Origin: Nitrosomonadales bacterium
GTDB taxonomy: Bacteria > Pseudomonadota > Gammaproteobacteria > Burkholderiales > SG8-39
Assembly (NCBI GenBank): GCA_036676355.1
Contig: JAKFDA010000054.1
Coordinates: forward strand, 12,316 to 76,315
DNA length: 64,000 nt
Direction of reading: 5' to 3'
Under the pieces are notes generated by a model. That model was not told where the DNA came from. It saw only the letters and a list, made by a program, of their open reading frames with translations, and ran no database searches. Numbering within the stretch: the first letter of the stretch is position 1; every line of letters begins with the position of its first letter. Both the position numbers and the translations under genes were made by a program. Shown piece after piece: positions 49,246-56,745 of the stretch.

Positions 49246-49932
49246 ATGCCCGCAAACATACTTGTCGTCGAAGACGAGCCGGCGATCCAGGAATTGCTGG
49301 CGCTCAACCTCGAGCACGCCGGCCATCATGTCCTGCGTGCCAAGGATGCCGAGCAGGCCAATGAGCTTGTTCGACACGCTTTGCCCGATCTCATTCTGCT
49401 CGACTGGATGCTGCCCGGCCAGTCGGGCGTCCAGTTCGCCCGTTCCTTGCGGCAGGGCGAGCGCACCAGGCAGGTGCCGATCATCATGCTGACCGCGCGC
49501 GGGCAGGAGCACGATAAGGTGGCCGGCCTCGACTCGGGCGCGGACGATTATGTGACCAAGCCTTTCAGTCCGCGCGAATTGCTGGCGCGCATCAACGCGG
49601 TGCTGCGCCGACGGGCGCCGCAATTGACCGACGAGCCGATTGAGGTTTCCGGGCTGCGGCTCGATCCGGTCACCCATCGTGTTTCGGCCGAGGGCAGGAA
49701 TCTCGAGCTCGGGCCGACCGAGTTTCGTCTGATGCATTTCCTGATGACGCACCCGGAGCGGGTGCACAGTCGCACGCAGTTGCTGGATCAGGTGTGGGGC
49801 GACCACGTTTTCGTCGAAGAACGCACGGTCGATGTGCATATTCGTCGTTTGCGCAAGGCACTCGAACCGACCATGCATGACCGCCTCATCGAAACGGTGC
49901 GCGGCAGCGGCTATCGACTCGCGGCGTTGTAA
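49246..49932 (+). CDS. phoB: Phosphate regulon response regulator PhoB
   Basis: It has the receiver motifs ILVVEDEPAI, LDWMLPG and TKPFS, plus an OmpR-type winged helix (VDVHIRRLRKAL). Confidence 0.9.
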   Translation: MPANILVVEDEPAIQELLALNLEHAGHHVLRAKDAEQANELVRHALPDLILLDWMLPGQSGVQFARSLRQGERTRQVPIIMLTARGQEHDKVAGLDSGADDYVTKPFSPRELLARINAVLRRRAPQLTDEPIEVSGLRLDPVTHRVSAEGRNLELGPTEFRLMHFLMTHPERVHSRTQLLDQVWGDHVFVEERTVDVHIRRLRKALEPTMHDRLIETVRGSGYRLAAL

Positions 49933-49996
49933 TTCCGGCGCGCTGCGCACTGTCCGGTAGTGAGCACTTTCTGCTAAGGTTCAGCCCCGCGCATTA

Positions 49997-50012
49997 TGAC
50001 GTCTTGACGTCT
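49997..50012 (+). repeat. Tandem direct repeat TGACGTCT x2 in the phoB-phoR spacer
   Basis: Two abutting perfect copies, each containing the palindrome GACGTC. Confidence 0.8.
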
Positions 50013-50126
50013 GCGCACAGACCCACGCACCGCTTGCGCGCGATGCGGCGGCCCGTAATCGTGATATTTGCATGACACGCGCTCGGCGCTCCATTTCGCG
50101 GTCATCAACATACTTCTGGATTCCTG

Positions 50127-51458
50127 TTGAAGTTCCTTTGGCTTCGTGCACTGGTGTTGCCGGCGATGATTGTGTTCGCCGGGCTCGCGGTCTGGCCTTT
50201 CGCCGGCAGATTCTGGGCGCTGCTGCTGATTGCCGCCGGCTTCACCTGGATCCTGGTTCGGCATATCCGCAACCTGCAGGCCCTCAATCTGTGGTTGCGT
50301 GATCCTGCCGGCGCTCAAGTGCCGATGGGGAGCGGCGTCTGGGAAGATGTCTTCAGCGCGCTCTATCGTTATGTGCGCACCAGCCAACAGTATCAACATC
50401 GCCTGACCGGGCAGTTGGCGCGGTTTCGCAGCGCCGGCCAGGCCATGCCCGATGGCGTAATCGTCCTCAACGGCCAGAATCACATCATCTGGTGCAACAG
50501 CTCGGCGGAACGATGGTTCGGGCTGGAAGCGAGGCAGGACATCGGCCAGCACATCCTCAACCTCGTGCGCAATCCGGAATTCGCCGCTTACATCAACGGC
50601 GGGCGTTATGACGAGCCGGTGATCCTGCGCGTGGCGCGCGGGGAAGAACTGGTCTTGTCGCTGCGCGTCGTGCCCTACGGTCAGGACGAGAAGCTTCTGC
50701 TCTCGCGCGATGTGACCCAGGCCGAAAAGCTGGAAACGATGCGGCGCGATTTCGTCGCCAACGTATCGCACGAATTGAAGACGCCGCTCACCGTGGTCAG
50801 CGGCTTTCTCGAAGCCATCGCTGACGGCATGGTCACGCTGGACGAGCCGCGCGGCCGGCAGGCGCTGAGTCTGATGCGCAGCCAGACGGATCGCATGCTG
50901 CGGCTGATCGAAGATCTGTTGATGCTGTCCACGCTCGAGGCGAGCGCGGCGCCGTCAAACGAGAGTCCAATCGATGTGTCGCACCTGCTGAACAACCTGC
51001 AGCAGGAAGCGCAGGCCTTGTCCGGCGCACGCCATACCGTCCTCGTCCGTCCCGGACCGGCTGCGATCCTGTATGGCGATGAGCGCGAAATCACCAGCGC
51101 GATCGGCAATCTGGTCAGTAACGCCGTTCGCTACACGCCGGCGGGCGGTTACATCAGCTTGGTGTGGGACGTTAAAGAGGGCGAAGGTTGGGTCAGCGTG
51201 GAAGACACCGGTCCCGGTGTAGAGGCTCGCCACATTCCGCGCCTGACCGAGCGCTTCTATCGAATCGACACCGGCCGCTCGCGCGAAAGCGGCGGTACGG
51301 GTCTTGGACTCGCCATCGTGAAGCATGTACTCACTCGCCATCAGGGCCGCCTGGAAATAGACAGCGAAGTGGGTCGCGGAAGCATTTTTACGGCGATTTT
51401 TCCGGCCCGGCGGGTCATGCTTGCCAAGCCGGTTTCGGCCGCCGGCGCAGTGCAATAA
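50127..51458 (+). CDS. phoR: Phosphate regulon sensor histidine kinase PhoR
   Basis: TTG start. It has two N-terminal TM helices, a PAS region, an H-box SHELKTPLT, and a G2 box GGTGLGLAIVKH. The overall layout aligns with E. coli PhoR as I recall it. Confidence 0.88.
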   Translation: MKFLWLRALVLPAMIVFAGLAVWPFAGRFWALLLIAAGFTWILVRHIRNLQALNLWLRDPAGAQVPMGSGVWEDVFSALYRYVRTSQQYQHRLTGQLARFRSAGQAMPDGVIVLNGQNHIIWCNSSAERWFGLEARQDIGQHILNLVRNPEFAAYINGGRYDEPVILRVARGEELVLSLRVVPYGQDEKLLLSRDVTQAEKLETMRRDFVANVSHELKTPLTVVSGFLEAIADGMVTLDEPRGRQALSLMRSQTDRMLRLIEDLLMLSTLEASAAPSNESPIDVSHLLNNLQQEAQALSGARHTVLVRPGPAAILYGDEREITSAIGNLVSNAVRYTPAGGYISLVWDVKEGEGWVSVEDTGPGVEARHIPRLTERFYRIDTGRSRESGGTGLGLAIVKHVLTRHQGRLEIDSEVGRGSIFTAIFPARRVMLAKPVSAAGAVQ

Positions 51459-51471
51459 AACGCGCAGCCGG

Positions 51472-53067
51472 TCAGCCGATGACCTTGAAGCTGGCCAGAT
51501 CGAAGTCGTAGCCGCGCTTTAAATGCTCCTGCAGACGGGCGCGCACCAGCATGCCGTCGAGTTGAATTTCGATTTCACGATCGGCCTGAAACCAGCCGCC
51601 CGGCAAAACCAGGCTGTTCGGGTTGGCGGTCGATTCGGGCAGTACGAATCCATGTGTATAGGCTTCGCCGGCTTTGTCGAGCGCCGCCGCGGGACGTATC
51701 GCCACGGCCTCGGCTATGCCCGGTAATGCATTTGCGCCGATGGTGAGCGATTCATCGAAACCGACGATCAGCCAGCGCACCTCGCACAACATGAAAGCTT
51801 TGGCGCCCCCCGGCTTGAGGGCGACCAGTTGCTGGTGATACAGGCGTTCACCCCCGCCCTTGCGACGCAGCCGGAATCCGGTTGCGCTTTCGTCGAGCGT
51901 TTCCCACTTTTCCGCCGAGAATGTTGTTTCGGGCGACGCGTCGGTGCCGCCGCCGACGCCCTGATAGATGAAGAGCTGTTCGGCATCGCGGCGTGAGTAA
52001 TCCCAGTGCCGCGCCTGGCTTTTGAGTGCTTTGCCGCCAACGGCCGTATGAATCGCGGACAGGCCGCACACCAGTTCGGTACGCTCCGGTGCGAGGCGGC
52101 GACTGAACTGCCGTGCCGGCGGCCGCTCGCTCCAACTGCGCAAGAGCGTCAACAGCAAGCGACCGCATTCCGGCTGTGCGCAATCCTTGCCGAGTCCCAA
52201 TGCCTGCGGGTCTTCTCCCTGCTCCAGCTTTTTGATGCGGCCACCCACGCTGCGGCGCAACGCGTCGACCGACAGAAAGCGGCTTGCCGGCCCCGCCGCG
52301 GCGTTGCTCGACCATTCCGGCCCGCGTTCACCGGCGGTGTCCACGGCATAGCCCTGGCCGGCTTCGGCGCGCGGGTGCAACTCGATTTTGAAGCCCCACA
52401 TCGCGCTCCAGCGCCGCAGCCAGGTGAACTCGCGCGGCGTCAGGGTATAGGGGTTCGCCAGCGCCAACAGCAATGCGCGGTTGTAGACCTCGATCGGGCT
52501 GGACACGGCTTTGAGCTTGCGGCCGGCGGGGACCGTTTCCTTCTCCACGCCGAGGCCCTCGGCGATGCGATAGAGCTGATGCAGGTCGCGCCACAGCTCG
52601 GCGTCCAGTTCACGCCGGCAGCGGTAATGCACCAGCATGAGATCGACCGCGCAATCCAGGGCGCGCTGCGCCAGCAGACTTTCCTTGCCGTGCAGGTCGG
52701 GGCGCAGATGCGCCGGACGACCGTCGGTCATGCTTTCGAGCAGGCGGCGATAGGCACGCCCCAGGGTGACCCACAGATCCACCACCTGGTGAAACGCCGT
52801 TTGTTCATGGTCTCTCAGGGGCAACGGCCGGGTGGCGAACTTTTTGCCGTGTTCATTCTGTGCGACGGCGATGGGCAGGCGTAGGCGCTCGAGGATGTCG
52901 AGATAGTCGCTGTCGCGCGGTGGCGTTTCTTCAAGCGATTCCAGCAGTGCCGTCAGTTCGTGGCAGGCCTTGCGCGGATCGGCGAGCGCGGCGCGTTCGA
53001 GCCAGGCCTCGCACGCCTTGACGTCGGCGATCGGTGGACACTCGGTAGGCAGCATGGCGGAGACCAT
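51472..53067 (-). CDS. Uncharacterised 531-aa cytoplasmic protein with PilZ-like motifs in its C-terminal third
   Basis: No TM helix or signal peptide. It has RQFSR (aa 319-323, RxxxR) and LDESATGFRL (aa 391-400, DxSxxG). The N-terminal ~300 aa are helical and Arg/Leu-rich with no motif I recognise. Confidence 0.55.
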   Translation of the reverse strand: MVSAMLPTECPPIADVKACEAWLERAALADPRKACHELTALLESLEETPPRDSDYLDILERLRLPIAVAQNEHGKKFATRPLPLRDHEQTAFHQVVDLWVTLGRAYRRLLESMTDGRPAHLRPDLHGKESLLAQRALDCAVDLMLVHYRCRRELDAELWRDLHQLYRIAEGLGVEKETVPAGRKLKAVSSPIEVYNRALLLALANPYTLTPREFTWLRRWSAMWGFKIELHPRAEAGQGYAVDTAGERGPEWSSNAAAGPASRFLSVDALRRSVGGRIKKLEQGEDPQALGLGKDCAQPECGRLLLTLLRSWSERPPARQFSRRLAPERTELVCGLSAIHTAVGGKALKSQARHWDYSRRDAEQLFIYQGVGGGTDASPETTFSAEKWETLDESATGFRLRRKGGGERLYHQQLVALKPGGAKAFMLCEVRWLIVGFDESLTIGANALPGIAEAVAIRPAAALDKAGEAYTHGFVLPESTANPNSLVLPGGWFQADREIEIQLDGMLVRARLQEHLKRGYDFDLASFKVIG

Positions 53068-53093
53068 GTTTGTTGTTCATCCCTCAATAGAAA

Positions 53094-53513
53094 TCACGCC
53101 GCCAGCAGGCCGGCGATACGCGCCGCCAGCACCTGTGTGTCGACGGGGCGTACGATGGTGGCGCCTACTTTAGCGGGCGTCGCCCAGACCGTCGCGGGAA
53201 AATGTCGGTCATCGCGAAAACGCGGAATCACATGCCAGTGCAGGTGCGCCACAACGTTGCCGAGACTGGCCAGATTTATCTTGTCCGGTGCCATGCATTC
53301 CCGCAGCGCCTGCTCTACCGAGAAAACAGCCGCCATCAAGCGGATACGCTCCACCGGGGCGAGGTCGGTCATTTCACGGACATGCCGGTTCAATACGACG
53401 CGACAGAACCCGGGGTAATCCGGCTCCGGCGCCAGCACAACGCGCAGAAAACCGTCGCGCCATAACAATTCCCCGCCTTCCCCTTGGCACAACTCGCAGG
53501 CTTGCTCGGACAT
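53094..53513 (-). CDS. HIT (histidine triad) family protein
   Basis: A histidine triad (NVVAHLHWHVIPRF) is present. The start is taken at MSEQACELC (GGAGGA SD 5 nt upstream); the ORF opens at 53534. Confidence 0.85.
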   Translation of the reverse strand: MSEQACELCQGEGGELLWRDGFLRVVLAPEPDYPGFCRVVLNRHVREMTDLAPVERIRLMAAVFSVEQALRECMAPDKINLASLGNVVAHLHWHVIPRFRDDRHFPATVWATPAKVGATIVRPVDTQVLAARIAGLLAA

Positions 53514-53605
53514 CATGCTCCTCCACACAGCCACTAATTATGCCACTAGCATGTAAAGACGAAGGTTGGCGGCAGCGCCGATCGTTCGCCAACGAGAGAA
53601 ATTCA

Positions 53606-54415
53606 TCACTGCAGGGGCGGCAGGTCTTCCGATTCGGGCAAAGGAGTAAGGGTCGGCGTGGCAAAAATATCGCGATAGCTGATGTAAAAACTGGCGAACA
53701 GCGTGGGTACCAGTATCAGCAGAAAACCGAACAGCAGCGTCTGACTGACTGCCGGATTGGGCGCCCCGCCGGAGATCGCGATGGCCAGCGCGGTGCCGAG
53801 CGTACCCGGCAGCAGACCGCCCAGCAGTACCCAGGCAAAACCGTAGGCGGCAAAGGCGCGCCAGTTTCGCAGACAGGCGAAAAAGCTGTAGAAGAGTGAC
53901 TTGGTCGCACTCATGTCGTGCCAGGCGACCAGCACCGGCGCGAACCAGAACGCCATCAGGACCGGCAGATACAGCACCATGGCGAGCAGAATCGCGTTGC
54001 CGATGCTGGATGTTTCGAGATCGGTTTCGGCCGGTGGCTGATTGACGAGCATCCAGTTGAACAGCAAGCCGCCGTCGATGAACTGAGTCAGCGCCAGGAT
54101 GATCAAGGTGGTCGCGAGGTAGATTCCGCCCAGCCGCACCAGCACGCCGAGATTGCGTTGGAAGCCTGCGAAGATCAGCCCGGGCGCCACCTTGCGACGC
54201 TGATCGAGGTCGCGGCTGATCGCCATGAAGCTCACCGCGAACGCGGGAATGAACAAGGTGGCGAGCAATGCGCCGAGATATGGAATCAATCCGGCGAGCG
54301 CCATGATCAGCCAGTAGGTGATCACGGCGAAAATCCAGGTCAACGGGCTGCGCACGAACAATTGCCAGCCGGCCTTGATCCAGTTCAGTCCCTGTCGCGC
54401 CGTCAGTGTTTCCAT
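53606..54415 (-). CDS. Multi-pass inner-membrane protein (BPSS1780/DUF2189-like)
   Basis: Start at METLTARQGLNWIKAGWQLFVRSPLTW. It has about six TM helices. The family call is from memory of similar N-termini. Confidence 0.55.
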   Translation of the reverse strand: METLTARQGLNWIKAGWQLFVRSPLTWIFAVITYWLIMALAGLIPYLGALLATLFIPAFAVSFMAISRDLDQRRKVAPGLIFAGFQRNLGVLVRLGGIYLATTLIILALTQFIDGGLLFNWMLVNQPPAETDLETSSIGNAILLAMVLYLPVLMAFWFAPVLVAWHDMSATKSLFYSFFACLRNWRAFAAYGFAWVLLGGLLPGTLGTALAIAISGGAPNPAVSQTLLFGFLLILVPTLFASFYISYRDIFATPTLTPLPESEDLPPLQ

Positions 54416-54425
54416 GCGGATACTC

Positions 54426-55373
54426 TTATGCGACCCAGGGCAGAGACGGCGCTTCGGCGATGCGTCGTTCCAGTACGCGCTGGAAATGCTTCGGATCATG
54501 CGCGTGCACCAGTTCGCCGGGGCGCGGCAGATGGAAATCGTACAGTCGCGAAACCCAGAACCGCAGTGCTGCGGCGCGTAACATCGCCGGCCAAGCTTCG
54601 CGCTCGGTCGCCCGCAGCGGCCGGCGCGCATGGTAAGCCGCCAGCAACGCGCGTGCGCGCACCATGTCGATACCGCCGTCCGTGTTGACGCACCAGTCGT
54701 TCAGCGTGACGGCGACGTCGAACAGCCAGGCATCCACACCGGCGAAATAAAAATCCACCACTCCGCCGATATGGTCGCCGTCGAACAGCACGTTGTCGCG
54801 GAACAGGTCGGCGTGAATCGGTCCGCGCGGTAGCGCCGCGGTGCGATATCCCGACTGGAATTCGAGTTCGGCGCGCAACAACGCCTGTGCGTCGCGATCG
54901 AGAAACGGCATCACTTTGGGCGCGGTTGCGTGCCACCACTTGGGGCCGCGCGGATTGTCCAGCCCATCTTCGAAACTGTGCCCGGCCTGATGCATGTCGG
55001 CCAGCACCGCGCCCACCTGCGCGCAATGTGCTGCGCTCGGTTCGGTGAGCGTGGCGCCCGACAGCCGTGAGACAAGCGCAGTGGGTTTGCCCTTGAGTTC
55101 CCCCATCAGCGCGCCGTCGCGATTGGGGATCGGTAGCGGACAGGGAATGCCGTGATGGGCTAAATGCGCCATCAGATTCAAATAGAACGGCAACTCGCAC
55201 GCCGGCAGCCGTTCAAATAACGTGAGGACGTAGCGGCCATTGGTGGTGGTGACGAAGTAATTGGTGTTTTCAATGCCGGCCGCGATGCCCTTCATTTCGC
55301 GCAGCGCGCCAACATCGTAGGCGCCCAGCCATTCGATTAATTCGGGTTCCGTGACCTTGGTGAAAACGGACAT
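54426..55373 (-). CDS. thrB: Homoserine kinase, ThrB type II (aminoglycoside-phosphotransferase fold)
   Basis: GIENTNYFVTT and IHADLFRDNVLF (the HxDxxxxN kinase motif) are present in a 315-aa product. Confidence 0.88.
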   Translation of the reverse strand: MSVFTKVTEPELIEWLGAYDVGALREMKGIAAGIENTNYFVTTTNGRYVLTLFERLPACELPFYLNLMAHLAHHGIPCPLPIPNRDGALMGELKGKPTALVSRLSGATLTEPSAAHCAQVGAVLADMHQAGHSFEDGLDNPRGPKWWHATAPKVMPFLDRDAQALLRAELEFQSGYRTAALPRGPIHADLFRDNVLFDGDHIGGVVDFYFAGVDAWLFDVAVTLNDWCVNTDGGIDMVRARALLAAYHARRPLRATEREAWPAMLRAAALRFWVSRLYDFHLPRPGELVHAHDPKHFQRVLERRIAEAPSLPWVA

Positions 55374-55504
55374 TGCTCGGACAAAAGCTGTAAGGCCGCG
55401 GTGGGGCGGCGCATTTGTTCAATCGAAAGGTGCTGTGCGACGAGGCGCTCAGCGGCGATCGGAGCACGCGCAGGCATTGCGTTCGGCGCAACGCTGCGTA
55501 GCGG

Positions 55505-55828
55505 CTACCATTTGAAAATGAGCCATTGCGGAACGCTGAAATTGCGATGCGCCGCATCGCCGACCGGTGCATTGGCGCCGCCCTCCTGCTCGATCAGGTA
55601 ATAAACCGCACCGTTCGGCTGGGTGACGCGAATAACGCGTTTACCTGCCGCAATGAATTCTTCCGCGCGTTCGCCAGGCTCGATCCGGATGCCGCGCTCT
55701 TCCAGCGTTTGCGCATCGAGCGCAACGGCCGGCGGTGGGGGCTCGGGCAGCGGTTCCAACTCGGGCGGCTGCTGAGCCGAGACGGGCAACGCGAAGGCGA
55801 AAGCAAAAGAAGCGATTAGGCGGCGCAT
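55505..55828 (-). CDS. DUF2782 family periplasmic protein
   Basis: Start at MRRLIASFAFAFALPVSA (signal peptide). It occupies the conserved position between thrB and polA. Confidence 0.65.
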   Translation of the reverse strand: MRRLIASFAFAFALPVSAQQPPELEPLPEPPPPAVALDAQTLEERGIRIEPGERAEEFIAAGKRVIRVTQPNGAVYYLIEQEGGANAPVGDAAHRNFSVPQWLIFKW

Positions 55829-56004
55829 GATCCGGGAAGTTCTGATTAAGGTCTTTCGCCGAGGTGCATCGCGAAGTACAGCGAGGCGAAGTCGTTGCAC
55901 GATCCGCTCGATGCTTAATCGGTCCGCTTTCCTCAACTCGAAAGGATGGCGCGAGTGTAGCAGAAGCCACTCCCGCGTCCGGGCCGCGCCGTGCGGCCCG
56001 TTCA

Positions 56005-56745
56005 CTACAGGTTGAGGAACTTTTCGCGGTCGCCCGCCGCCGGCATGAAACCGCGATGTTCGTAGTGTTTGAAAATCGCCTCGACCACTTCCTCGGGCTT
56101 GTCGATGACCTGGATGAGATCCATGTCTTCGGGGCTGATCATGCCCTCGCTGACCAGCGTGTTCTTGAACCAGTCGAGAATGCCGCGCCAGAACGGTTCG
56201 TGTACCAGGATGATCGGCATCTTGAGCGCCTTGCCGGTTTGCACCAGCGTCAGCGCTTCACCCAGTTCGTCCAGCGTGCCGAAGCCGCCGGGCATCACCA
56301 CGTAGGCGATGGCAAAGCGCACGAAAATGTATTTGCGCGCGAAGAAGTGGCGGAACGACAGCGAGATGTCCTGATAGGTATTGCCGGACTGTTCGTGCGG
56401 CAGCTGGATGTTGAGACCCACCGACGGCGCTTCGCCGAAATAGGCACCGCGATTGGCCGCTTCCATGATGCCCGGCCCGCCGCCGGAAATGACCGAGAAA
56501 CCGGAGTCCGACAACTGACGCGCGATTTCTTCGGCGAGTTTGAAATAGGGGTGCGTCTCGGGTGTGCGCGCGCTGCCGAACAGGCTCACTGCGGGGCGCA
56601 CCAGATTCATGCGCTCGGTCGCCTCGACGAACTCTGACATAATCGCGAACAGTTGCCATGCCTCGCGTGCCGAATCTTCGCGCGCCGCTGCCGCGGTCAC
56701 CTTCGGCAGTTTGTCCAACTTGTTTCTTTTGATCTTTGGGTCCAT
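56005..56745 (-). CDS. LOG family protein (TIGR00730; cytokinin-riboside-5'-monophosphate phosphoribohydrolase-like)
   Basis: GGGPGIMEAANRGA and PGGFGTLDELGEAL motifs. The start is uncertain (ATG 56745 or GTG 56700). Confidence 0.85.
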   Translation of the reverse strand: MDPKIKRNKLDKLPKVTAAAAREDSAREAWQLFAIMSEFVEATERMNLVRPAVSLFGSARTPETHPYFKLAEEIARQLSDSGFSVISGGGPGIMEAANRGAYFGEAPSVGLNIQLPHEQSGNTYQDISLSFRHFFARKYIFVRFAIAYVVMPGGFGTLDELGEALTLVQTGKALKMPIILVHEPFWRGILDWFKNTLVSEGMISPEDMDLIQVIDKPEEVVEAIFKHYEHRGFMPAAGDREKFLNL

